Positions 12,364-24,039 of a stretch of DNA of 64,000 nucleotides are shown one piece after another; the stretch's first letter is position 1, and every line of letters begins with the position of its first letter. A program made the position numbers and the translations under genes. Location: the NCBI RefSeq assembly GCF_006345805.1, contig NC_043000.1, forward strand, positions 89,466,001 to 89,530,000, written 5' to 3'. Source of the stretch: Octopus sinensis. Its lineage: Eukaryota. The notes below the pieces were generated by a model. The model did not search any database. It was not told the DNA's origin and was given only the letters and a program-made list of their open reading frames with translations.

Positions 12364-12422
<59 letters not shown>

Positions 12423-12645
12423 TCCAGATTTTGGCACAAAGCCAGCAATATTTAGGGAAGGGGACTAGACATAGTTGGAATTCAACCGAACAAAAAAGCT
12501 TGATGTTGGTGTTCCATTGAAAAATTACTTCTTGTCTGAAAAATGTCTCCAAGAATGTGTGAAGAGAAAAGTGATGTGACATTGTTTCCGAAAAGCGGAG
12601 GGTGCGCTCAGTGTGCCCTCAACAGAGCATCTCCAGGAAATTCTA

Positions 12646-12715
12646 GCCGATATGTGAAGTGATTTTCATGGAATAGTGAAAGTTATTCAAACGCGTCTGT
12701 TCGGTTATCGAAATT
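12646..12715 (+). ncRNA. Decayed minimal hammerhead-like motif, probable Penelope-like relic
   Basis: GTGAAG, then a 9-bp stem TGATTTTCA/TGAAAGTTA, then TTCAAACGCGTC. The palindromic ACGCGT+C is kept; the core is mutated. Confidence 0.35.
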
Positions 12716-14019
12716 GACGTCAAGACGAGACGATAAGCAGAGACAGTACGACATTCTAAGTTTCATACAGCAAATACAAGAGTGACAATCTGTGTCATTT
12801 TAATGAGAATACCAACTGACATGATGTCACTTATATAGCAAAATATGAGCAGCTGGTCGTGGTGGCCAGTGCTGATGCAACGAAATATATTTTTTAATGA
12901 ACCACCGATGCCAAGCTTCTTTGTCAGTTTGAAGTTTGTCTATATTTGAAAATTATCTATGCCGAGCAGCATTACCAGTAAGAATGTTTCCATTTTCCCT
13001 CTCATTCTCGCTGAGCAAATGCTTTGCTGTTTTTTATTTTGTTGTTTTTATTTGGTTGGTTCTTTTGTTTTGTTTTCCTTTTTTATACCCATTGTTTTTG
13101 TGTTATTACCAAAAACATGTTGTTCTCACTAGTATTAATTTCTGCAGAGATATTCCTTCAAAAGAATATCCCTGTGTTCTCTGTTGCAAAAATACCCTTT
13201 ATCTCTATTTTTCTTTTACCTGATTGTTTTTTTTTTGTTTGTTTTTTTTTTGTGTAGTTGGGTTCACTTGTATTTTTCTTTGAGAGTTATTTTCTTCCAT
13301 CTCCTGTCGACCATTTCAGTTGAAATTTTTTATTTAAAAATGTATAAATATGGCTAACCTTAACAACAACAGACTCTAAGGTTCAGAAATAAAAGTGGGA
13401 GACTGAAGGTCTAATAACTGTGACTCCAAACGAGTGTAAATATTCTAATATGTATATTATCAAGAACTATTGTTCTTGATAATAAACATATTAAAATATG
13501 CTGAAATTCAGCATGTGTTAGGTTTGGTGGTGCCGTTAATAACATAGTAATTGGGTATACTAATCTGGTGTCAGAACATATCAAAAGAGAGATCAGGGTT
13601 TACTAGAAGGAAATTAAGCACCCAACTACTGGAAAAATTCATATATCCCTGAGACAGTAACACAAAAATTAAAATGATTGCAGAGAGACGTGAATGTATC
13701 GACAGGACAACCTTATAAAAGACAACAGATCTAGATTATGGGCACCTCAAATCATTAGGCCACATAATAACATCTGGGGAAATATGGCTGAAAATCTCTC
13801 CAAGTATAAAAACCAAAATCGAACTAGTAAGAATACAGAATACAGAGGGAGTGTGTGAGAGAGAGAGTGTGTGTGTCTGAGAAAGAGAGAGATTGCGTGT
13901 GTGTGTGTGTGTGTGTGTGTGCGTGTATTTATATTTCATTGAACAGGAAGTCACTGCTGCGAGGCTTGTTTTGTTTGTTGTTACATGTTTTATTGTTATC
14001 GTTTGGCGCGGTTTCTATT

Positions 14020-14120
14020 ACAGTACTTGCTGCTGTTGCTGTTGCTGATGCTGCAGTTGTTTACAGTCCTGCTTTGTTGTTGATTTTCTCTCCCCCCCCC
14101 TGCGCCTGTTGCTGGTGTTG

Positions 14121-14152
<32 letters not shown>

Positions 14153-14157
14153 GGTGG

Positions 14158-14188
<31 letters not shown>

Positions 14189-14460
14189 ACTGATGCTGGT
14201 GCTTGTGCTGGTAGTTGTATTGATGCTGGTGTTCGTCGTCGTCTTCATCGTGGTCCCACTGTTGTTTTTGATGTTGCTATTCTTGTTATTGAAGAGGATC
14301 ATGATCATGATGATGCTGATGATGATGGTAACGACGACGACGAGGATAATGATGAAGCCAACGACAACGTCTACAATGATGATGATGATACTGTGGTCGC
14401 TGCTGCCGCTACCGCTGTTGTTGTGGTGATTGTTACAATCGCGGTATTGTTAGTAGCGGT
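14020..14460. repeat. Compound trinucleotide microsatellite (GTT/GGT/GCT/GAT/GAC)
   Basis: Read directly from the sequence. It explains the spurious ORFs 14018-14308 and 14109-14429. Confidence 0.9.
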
Positions 14461-15223
14461 GGATGTCACCTTTGTAATTTTAATGAAGCTTGCTTTCCCT
14501 TGAACCAAAAGAAAAGTTTATTGGCTCGCTGCGCGGGCAAATAATGAAGTCTCTCCATAATCTCAATTTTATTCTTAATGTTGTGTCCATTATTTTTTGC
14601 TGTAGCTGCTTCAACTTCTACTTGTCTTTTTCAATCATTTTTTAGTAACATTTTACTAAAGACGCAAAACTGGGGACTCTTAATATGATCCTATTGCTTT
14701 TCTTCTTTCTTTTATTAGATACTATGGGTCTTTACGGTTCTATTGCTCTTTGAATCATCTACGGCAGCTCTTTCATCTCCTTTTGTGGAGAATATTATTA
14801 CGCTATCATGTTTTAATGAAATTACCGACGTTTAAAAAAAAAAAGGTTACGGTGATGACACAGTCCAGAAGCGAGAGCGTCGTAAAAAGAAAAAAGACAC
14901 ACGTCACTGAATTGCAAGTCAGTTTTTCCACGAGACTGTCGACTATAGCTAATGCGTTTTAATCAGTTTTTAGAGCAGAACAGCAAACAATTGACGATAC
15001 ATCCGTGATGACAAGGACAAATAGAGTTAACAGACAGGAAGTTCTGCCAGTATTGTTCAAAACCAAAGTAAAAAGACGTGGTATAAACATACTCCAGAAA
15101 ATGACAAGACAACCATCGTCTTGTATGTTTGTATGTATGTGCGTATGCATACATAGATAGATACGCACACACATACACATATATAAGTACACACACACAC
15201 ACGCACATATATATATATATATT

Positions 15224-15278
<55 letters not shown>

Positions 15279-15461
15279 CATACACACACATAAATATACA
15301 CATATAAACTCAAACAAACATTCATATAAAAATAAGAGCATATTTATTCTGTTATTCTTTTATTCTTCTATAGGTTTCAGTCCTAAGGCGGTGACCATGC
15401 GTATCTTTTCTATGCTGAAGCACTGCCTTTAAGGGTCTTAGTCGAACATGGGTTTTAGTCG

Positions 15462-15499
<38 letters not shown>

Positions 15500-15938
15500 A
15501 CTGTTCTGTTCTTAATTGGGTCAACACAAAATTTACTCTATCTAATGGGAAATAGATATAATTTATATACACATTGTTTAAATATGAGGTGCTAATGGTT
15601 TCATACTATGGAAACGCAATAATTCGGCATATAAGACATGATATATAAATCTACCGAATTATGCGTTTCCACAACATGAAAAATATTATAGTATACTGTA
15701 TATATATATATCAAAGTGTCAATAAGACAATCGGAAATTGTTATACACCGCTGATTATAATATGCTTCCTCACATTGTTGATGCTATTGTTGTTGTTGAG
15801 ATAATTTCTCTTTCTTTCCTGATTAGAAGATAACATTATATTACACCGTTTATTCCTTTGGAATAAAACCAAAGTTGCCTTCGAAACATATGTTGAAAGT
15901 AAAAGAATTTGAATAACATCTGCATTCAACTCCATTTA

Positions 15939-16322
15939 TCTCTCTATATATAACGGCAGTTTGTCTGTGCGTGTTTCTGTGTGTCTGTTTGCTTGTACCC
16001 TCACCCTGACCACGGCTTTCAACCGATTCTGATGAAACTTGACACACACATAGCCCAATGTCATAATTCAAAACTAACGCAGCGAAAATTTTGAAAAGTT
16101 CCCCCAGTTCTGAAAAAAATCGATAAATTCGACATGGGGTCGAGAATCAGAAACACAAACCACAAACTGTCTAAGGGAACGCAACTCCACCTTTTTTAAC
16201 TCTCACAAAAAATTTACCATCATTTTTTTCCATTTTTTTGCTATTTTTTGGCTATAACTCTCTAAAAATGCTTTATAGTTATTTCCCTTACAAACCTGAG
16301 CAACGCCGGGCGATACTGCTAG
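15939..16322 (+). mobile_element. Non-autonomous Helitron
   Basis: A|TC 5' end, internal GTCT/GTGT microsatellite, subterminal GC hairpin (CCTGAGCAACGCCGGG), and CTAG|T 3' end, consistent with an AT target. Confidence 0.8.
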
Positions 16323-16483
16323 TTTACTTATACTATACAAATTTCTGCACATTAATCCGGAGTTTCTACCTTTGAATAGGTCGCTACATCCTTGTTACTT
16401 GCATGAATTTTGCTACCCTGGTAACTGTTTATTGAATTTTCCGTGTTAACTGTAAACAAAGGATAATTCGTTCATCCATTTCC

Positions 16484-16541
<58 letters not shown>

Positions 16542-17194
16542 TATATATATACACACACACACATAAATATGTGTGTATGAATATATATGTGTATGTGCGT
16601 GTATGTACGCGTGTGTGTGCGTATGTTTGTGTGTGTAAAAACTGCACAGAAATGTGGTTTTTTGTTCGGTTTCACTGCATGTCATCTTGGGCAAATATAG
16701 CCTCGGACTTATGAATGATTTGTAAATATAATTATAAGACGGAATTCTCCTTTCTCTCTCTCTCTCTCTCTCTCACCCACTCACACGCACACACACATAC
16801 ACACATATACATACATGCATACATACATGCATACATGCATACATACATACATACATATACGCACACATGCATTTCCTACCTACATAAATTTTTGTACATG
16901 CACGCATGTACGTATATATATGCATGTATATATGAATATATGGATATGCATTGCTATAGTCATGTGACCCAGCATAGCTGCAGTCCGTTAAGTAAATATG
17001 TAAAAGACTAAAGGAATATCAGACATGGAAATGCATCATTTTGAGAAAATATATATAAGTTACAAAAGGCAGTCGTTAACACATGTACGGAATTGTGACC
17101 AACAAAATTTGATATATATATATATATTGGAATATAAGGATACAAATAAATCTATATGATAATTAGCGTGTTCGTTCGCCCGTTATAAATTAGT

Positions 17195-17578
17195 TAGTTA
17201 GAGAGGTGGAGGTGGAGTGAGTGAGAGGGAGAGAGAGAGGAAAAAGTGTGAGTAAAGAAGGAAGACGTGAGAAAGCAGTAGTGAACGATATATAACAGGG
17301 CCAAAATGTGACACGTGGTTTGTTACAAGCAGAGGCGAAGAGCGAGAGGAAAAGACGGTAATAGGAAAGAGCAAAGGAGTACGAAAGGAGGAGGAGGAGG
17401 AGGAGGAGGAGGATAAGGAGGAATGAGAGAGGAGTGGGAGAGGAGGGGTGAGAGAGAAAGAAGGAGAGAGGAGGAGTAAGAGAGTAAGAGGGAGAGAGGG
17501 GGAGAAGGAGTGAGAGAGGAGGAGGAGTGAGAGAGGAGGAGGAGTGAGAGAGGAGAAGGGGTAAGAGAGGAAGAGTGA
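17195..17578. repeat. Polypurine (GAG/GAGA/AAG) low-complexity tract
   Basis: Mostly G/A on the + strand, almost exclusively so in the 3' half. Confidence 0.8.
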
Positions 17579-17815
17579 CCATGTTGCTCGATTTTTCGAG
17601 TTAGACCCTGCCTACCGTGTTCTCTTCAGTGAGGATCCGGATGGGATGATGGCCCATTTTAGTCGACCACATGCCACATGGTAACGGCAAATGACGAGGT
17701 ATTTCGCGGAGATGAGGAAAGACTGGAGTCCGCTCGACGTGTTGCCCGGAAGGACTCGGGAATATACCGACAAATGCTGCAGCGGCATATGCCCAAACAC
17801 CTGACCTGGTCTGGC
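17578..17815 (+). mobile_element. 3' fragment of an RTE/RTEX-like LINE with a CCTGA-type tail
   Basis: Translation HVARFFELDPAYRVLFSEDPDG...RPHATW. Ends ACCTGACCTGGTCT. Confidence 0.5.
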
Positions 17816-17879
17816 ATATGGTTATATTGCTTCCGAAATATATGTAATAACATGGCAAAATATAAAACATATAATGATA

Positions 17880-18065
17880 AGGCACCGAGCTCGCAGACTC
17901 GTCAGCTCACCAGGCAATATGCTTAGCGACATTTCATCGTCTTTGCCTTCTGAGCTCTCAAATTCCGCTGAAGTCGACTTTCGGGGTTCATAAAATAAGG
18001 ACCAGTTAAGCATTGAGGACGATGTAATTCTCCTCCGAAATTGCTGGTCTTGTGCCAAAATTTTA
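17880..18065 (+). mobile_element. Group-1 tRNA-SINE (tail c)
   Basis: TGCTTAGCGACATTTC, TCAAATTCCGCTGAAGTCGACTTT, and tail TTGCTGGTCTTGTGCCAAAA. Confidence 0.7.
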
Positions 18066-18129
18066 AACCAATATAATAGAGAAAACAATAAAAACTATAA
18101 ATGTAGTAATCATATTGTTAGTGAAAATA

Positions 18130-18478
18130 CCAATAGAGTAGAGCTTCTCCCTCGCTCAACGACGAGGATTCAGCTATTCGATCAGCAAACTATCTGCTTC
18201 CGAATTAACATGTATGTGGCTGAAAATTCCATAGATAGGCGTATCCTTAACGTCATTCGGAAGCAGGGCACGTGATACTGTGACTTTTTTAATTAGTGAT
18301 ACAATCCATTCAACGGTCTTCTCTACTCCTTCTGTCTACCCAGTTTGACTTACAAAGGTGGCTCAACCCGAGGTTATAGAAATAACATTCGCTAGAGATA
18401 CATCTCTGTAGAATCGAACTTGCGACCTCGTGGCTGCAAAGTAAAATTCTTAACTATTCGACCACGTTGCGCCTACGC
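18130..18478 (-). mobile_element. Old group-2-related tRNA-SINE
   Basis: Ends GAATCGAACTTGCGACCTCGTGG...GCGCCT, the reverse complement of a tRNA-like head with a B-box. Confidence 0.45.
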
Positions 18479-18639
18479 TAACACTGATCTTACCAAAACA
18501 AACTAAATTATCTATGAAGCAGTCGCAATGGTCATAAAAGAAAGCAGATCTCCATTCACAACTATTCATATACGAAATACAAACAAACATAGAATGCAGA
18601 AAAAAAGTCTAATATTATGTTAGATACGGTGACATGGGT

Positions 18640-19020
18640 AATTGAAATAGACGAAAAGCAAACATAGAAATACTTGGGGATCAATGAACTAGACAGACAA
18701 ATGCATACACACATAAAATAGAGGATTTGGAAAGAATATTAGACACTTTTTTTATAGATGAAATAGAGATAAATGCCAAAATAAGGTAATATGATAGGTT
18801 TCAATATTCTAGCTGTTTCAGACTGACAAACAAGAAATGTAATAACTCATTTAGAATACCACACAAACGCATACAATGAAGAAAGATTACGTTTATCATA
18901 AATACAAGGTGGTAGGCGTCTTTTGCCACTGGAAAATTATGAAATATCTATCGTGGGATTAGAAAAATATCTAATAATAATAGCTGATAAAAATGTTGGT
19001 TGATTTGTTAGTTGAATTCT
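18640..19020 (+). mobile_element. Highly decayed R4 family A relic (thumb region)
   Basis: KYLGINELDRQ, then AGGTGGTAGGCGTC (GGRR) followed by LENYEISIVGLEKYL, colinear with ORF 7993-9180. Confidence 0.6.
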
Positions 19021-19724
19021 CCAGTCACGCTTTACTTTGTATAGAAAGAAAGCAAAAATGAGACGCAGAGAGAGAGATAACTCAAGGGGTGTAGAATGAG
19101 TGAAGAGAAAGAACCATAGGCATAGAAGAGGAAGAGCTGGAGATGAAGTAAATGAAAGGGTGAAATTGTACAAGTGCGAAACATGTTTTCATTTTATTTT
19201 AAGTTTTTTTTTTTTTTTACTTTGAAAATTAGTATTCATTTCTTCATTTTGAATAAGCACCAAGAAACTTAATAGAAGTTAAATTATAGTTATTGCTACA
19301 TATGCCATATTTCTTGATATTACCAACGGTAGCGAAAGTACATTTCTGAAGTTACTCGTCATTTTGGGATCGATCCAGTACCGAACAGCTATTCCGGATT
19401 ATTTTTCCTGTTTTTTTTTACTTAATTTTTAAGAGCGGTCGGTTTCATTTTTAGTATTCTCGTTTGTGAGAGCAGTCGAGTTTATTTCAAATATTCTCAT
19501 TTTTAAAATCACCTCTGACTAATCGTTGAGAGGACGTTTGTGTTGCCTTGGCGGAGGTTATCCCTCTCTGAGAGCTCTTGTTTAATATTATGCTAAGTTA
19601 ATAAACTTTGTGCAGGAGTAATTAGTATTCATTCATAATTTTGCATAAGTACCCAGAAAATTGATAAAATTTAAATTATCATTATTTTATGCATTCCATA
19701 AATCTTCGTATAAATATTAATTTC

Positions 19725-20125
19725 AAAATGTTGGCACAAGGCCAGTAATTTTGAGGAAAGGAGATGAGTCGATTACATCGACCCCGGTACATAACTGGTA
19801 CTTATTTTATTGACTCCAAAACGATGAACGTTCCCCGTTCATCGACAGAATTTGAACCCAGAGCGTAAACCCGGAAGAAATGTCGCTAAGCAATCTGCCA
19901 GCTCACAGCCTTAATTCCTAATATCAATAATGGTTCCAAAATGTGACAGAAGGACAGCAATTTCGGGGGAGGGTGAGCCGATTACATCGACACCACCTCC
20001 CCAGTAATCAACTGCCATTTATTTCAATGACCCCCGAAAAGGAAAGGTTGGCCCCGGGAAATTTGAACTCAGAACGAAAAGATGCATTTTGCCCGAGTGC
20101 TAACCATTCTGCCAGTTCAACGATT
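19725..20125 (-). mobile_element. Two group-1 tRNA-SINEs (tail c)
   Basis: Two copies of the GATTACATCGAC...AATTTGAA.(C/T)CAGA core. TTGGCACAAGGCCAG tail at 19732. Confidence 0.8.
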
Positions 20126-20888
20126 TGTTCCTGATGATACTACTAAAGGCATAAGTATATTTCCAGAGTTACTTGTCACATGACAATCGGTATAACGCTC
20201 TAGTATATAATAATTAGATGAATAATGAATATAAATAGCTATAAAACATGAACAAGGGTACGGTTTCGTGACCTGTAGCAGTCTGTCGGCATCTTTTTTT
20301 CGTCTTATAAGGGAAAAAAATCAAATCTTTCTGCTGCTTTCACGGCTATACTACGTTCGAAATTTACTTTCTTGTCTGTAAAATACTAAATACATTCGAC
20401 GCTCCCAAAGTTTGTTTATAAAATGTTGTCGAGTTACAAAATAGATAAATAAATATTTTTCGTTTGCAAGGAAGCCGATGAATATCAAGGAGAAAGTAGG
20501 GTAAAAACCTGTTGTGAAGAGGATGGAAATATAATGATATAGATTATTTTAAAAATAAGATTTAAAAAGTAAATGGAATTATAAATGCTATGTGAAGACG
20601 TTGGAAAGAAAGGCATAACCAAGCACAATATTCGGAAAGACTGAACTCTGAACTACATAAATGTGAATGAAAGTAAAGAAATCATTGGCCGATGAACACA
20701 GAACTCGGAGCTGATATTCAAAGATTTCGTTATCGTAGCACAAAAACTTAATATTTTTTACGAGAAACCTTCCAAAATCGCATAAATGAAGTAGAATACA
20801 CAACATAATTAAGATATTTGGCGGTTCTGAGAAAAATAAGAAATTACATTTTAATGATAGGAACAGTCCGAATGAAGTAAGGAATATA

Positions 20889-20930
<42 letters not shown>

Positions 20931-20933
<3 letters not shown>

Positions 20934-21277
20934 TCATGGCTCGGCTTCGCGAACGAAGATCAGGAAGGCTCTCCACGTCGCGTGCATGCACGCTCATGAC
21001 TGACAAGTTCGATATGGGAAAGGCAGGTCTGTGAGCAGTGTCCACAGACGAAGGTAACATCCGGTGTGGTGTCAGAGGCGGCTCGCGCCTTCCTCCTGCA
21101 TCTCTTGTCTTTAAGTGCGTCTCTTCTTTGTTCCTCAAACTTGCTGACTGCGTTGAAGATCGTGTGGCGCCAGACATCACGGTCCGCAGCCAGGTCTGAC
21201 CAGCATTGGTGGTTAATTTGACATGATGTTATAGACTTCTTGAGGCAGTCTTTGTAGCGTCTCCTCGGAGCTTCTCT
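20931..21277 (-). mobile_element. 5'-truncated RTE/BovB-type LINE 3' end inserted in (TA)n
   Basis: ORF 20960-21280: PRRRYKDCLK...DRDVWR...CGHCSQTCLSHIELVSHERAC, an RTE-type terminal C2H2-like motif. (TA)n on both sides. Confidence 0.8.
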
Positions 21278-21299
21278 CACTATATATATATATATATAT

Positions 21300-21860
21300 A
21301 TAATAACAATTTAACAAATAAAACATATGCATACATAAAACGTAGAACACAATGAGAAACAAAAACATAAAAACAAACAAGGAAACGGACTTTTTTTAAC
21401 AACGAAAAAGCAGGGTAAAGGACAAACAATACAAGGAATATTCCCCTTCATCAGCTGCCCCTGGTTCGACCCAATGCGTGTTTCGAATGTAAGGGCAGAA
21501 CACGATCCGGCCGAAGTAGTACTTCCTGCAAAATGAATTACATAAAATTCTTTTGCAGAGGGGTAAAAAAAGAAAGAAAAAAAGTGACAAGAACAGGACG
21601 TAAAAGCAATACAAATAAAAATACAGTATTGTATTGTATTGTTTGTTTTTTCGTTGTTAAAAAAAGTCCGTTTCCTTGTTTGTTTTTATGTTTTCGTTTC
21701 TCGTTGTGTTCTACGTTTATTTGTGGTGTCCTGTACTCATATATGTATATGCATGTATATATACATATAGATGTAGGTATGTACATATATGTATGTATGT
21801 ATGCATATGTTTTATTTGTTAAATTGTTGTCATATGACTGAGCGCCCCGCGTCGTTTCTT
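21300..21860. mobile_element. Non-autonomous element with inverted-repeat architecture (Penelope-like relic, copy 1)
   Basis: 21302-21410 is the reverse complement of 21640-21830, apart from a microsatellite block. Homologous to 24040-24815. Carries CTGATGAAG on the minus strand. Confidence 0.55.
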
Positions 21861-21877
21861 ATCCTCCAAGCGGGTTT

Positions 21878-21937
<60 letters not shown>

Positions 21938-23159
21938 CAAGGCAGCTTACGAGATATCATACATTATATTCTGTAGTAATTTTAGATACCTTGAAGACAT
22001 ATGAACATATTTTCATTTCCTGAACCAAAACAGTATGAGTGGGACTCTCGGCAGTGTACACTATTCATTTGGAAAGCCTGAAAAATATTTAGATGCGATT
22101 GATGTAAAAGAATGTTAGTTTTTTCTTATAAACTTCTACAATATTACCATAACTATCTAAACCGAAAACTATCAGCTTTTCTCCTATATCTTGTTTGCAG
22201 AAATTGATTAAAAGTCCAATTAAAATCATATCGGAATCGTATGATTAATTAATGTATAAAAAAAGTATATTTATACTATACATAATAACAACAGAATATA
22301 TCACTAGGAAACCGTTTAATTACAATCATTCTCGTAATGTTAGTTTATAAAAATGGACAAAGATATTTAAAGTTTTGAAACGAGTGAAAGTTTGTTTCAA
22401 TTCTGCCAGCTGCATGATAACACATGTAATTGTAATAAGAGCAATAAAATATATGAAATAAATATTATATTCCGTTTTGATTTTGTTATTTCGTGTTTTG
22501 CTTTTTCTTACTTTTTTTCTTTGTTTTTTCTTCATTCGGAATGAAATTGTTGAAACGGGAGTTTTAGAAAATAATTTTGTTTTTGTGTGCGTATTTTATT
22601 TCGTTTCGTTTTCCTTATTTTTCTTTCATCAATAATGTATGAAATTCGTAATGTCTGAAATGATATCGTATGCGCCATATAATAGCTGTTGTCTGTATGT
22701 AAAATTCTTGTCACAAAAATTAGTATAGTGAGAGAGTGAAAAGGAGAAGAAGAGAAAGAACGAGAATATGTGTGTATATTTGAATGCAATAAATAAAGGG
22801 AGTGAACAAGAATGTGAAGTGCATGAAATTGTGTGTTTACCATATTCTTTGCTACCTTTGTTGCATTGAGTACGTAAATGAACAGATTGTTTCGGAAGAC
22901 ATTACTACAAAGAAAAGTAAAAGAAAGAATTTCACAAATTTTAATTTTAATGTACAAATGCTCAAATAAATGAATACGTTCTAGTATTTTCATTACTTGT
23001 CAACATAAATTCATATTAGTTTTTAAAACATTCTGTAATAGAGTAAGGATAAAATGAAATAAACAGATATTACTATAGCAGAAAGCAACCTTTTCTTGAT
23101 AACAGTTCTGAAAAATACATGTATATTAACAAATATTTATTTTCACTCTTTTATAAATT

Positions 23160-23295
23160 TATTCCACCTTCATCATCTTTGCCTTTCATCCTTTCGGGAT
23201 CGATAAATTAAGTACCAGTAGAGTACAGGGATCGATGTAATCGACTTAGCCCCTCAGCGAAATTGCTGGTCTTGTCCCAAAAAGTGAAACCAATA
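23160..23295 (+). mobile_element. Partial group-1 SINE (tail c)
   Basis: TTTGCCTTTCATCCTTTCGGGATCGATAAATTAAGTACCAG...TTGCTGGTCTTGTCCC. Confidence 0.75.
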
Positions 23296-23439
23296 TTTTA
23301 TAGATTTAGGAATTTGGGAGGTTAACTTAAATAGATGACCGTCTTCGATTATGGCCTTCGACTAAGCCCTATATATATATGTATATATGTGTATATATAC
23401 ATATATATATATATACATATACATATGCATATATATATA

Positions 23440-23684
23440 TATGTGTGTGTGTGTGTCTTTGCGTCTATGATTGTCCCCCAACCACCACCAGCATTGCTTG
23501 ACAACCGATCTTGGTGTGTTTACGTCCCCGTATCAAAGTGGTTCGGCAAAATAGACCGATAGAATCAGTATTAGGCTTAAAAAGAATAGACCTCGGCGTC
23601 GATTTCTTCGACTAAAAAACTCTTCAGGGTGATGCTCCAGCATGGCAGCAGTGAAATAACTAAAACAAGTAAAAGAATAATAGA

Positions 23685-23685
<1 letters not shown>
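23440..23685 (+). mobile_element. Group-2 SINE, 3' half
   Basis: Reverse complement of 6903-7100: CTTGACAACCGAT..GTTTACGTCCCCGTA..GCTCCAGCATGG..AAACAAGTAAAAGA. Confidence 0.8.
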
Positions 23686-23715
<30 letters not shown>

Positions 23716-24039
23716 TCGGAAAAATCTATGGGTGGAAGGTGACGTCACCCTTCCTGCGCATACGTGAAAATTTATGCGCTGGTAAGCCGTTTCAGTTTCT
23801 AACTGTTACCCTTAGAGCACAGATGTGTAATGTGGGCAAAAAAGAATAACCGTCTCGAAATGCAACAATTATATATATATAAGTCTTTTGTCTTTTATAT
23901 TTTACATGTTTTAGTCATGGGGAGAATTTTTGGTCGAATGAGTCGACCCTAGTATTTTTTTAAAGCCGGATACGTATTCTATCTACTTACCACACAGCCA
24001 CTCCTGCGCGTATATATATATATATATATATATATATAC

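Noticed and set aside
14719-14962. Strong acceptor followed by a signal-peptide-like frame
   Set aside because: Stops occur in the candidate frames and there is no convincing donor. Nearby 15070-15120 looks like an R4 micro-relic (KTWYKHTPE).
22532-22993. 153-aa hydrophobic minus-strand ORF
   Set aside because: AT-rich low-complexity composition, no family motif and no splice context.
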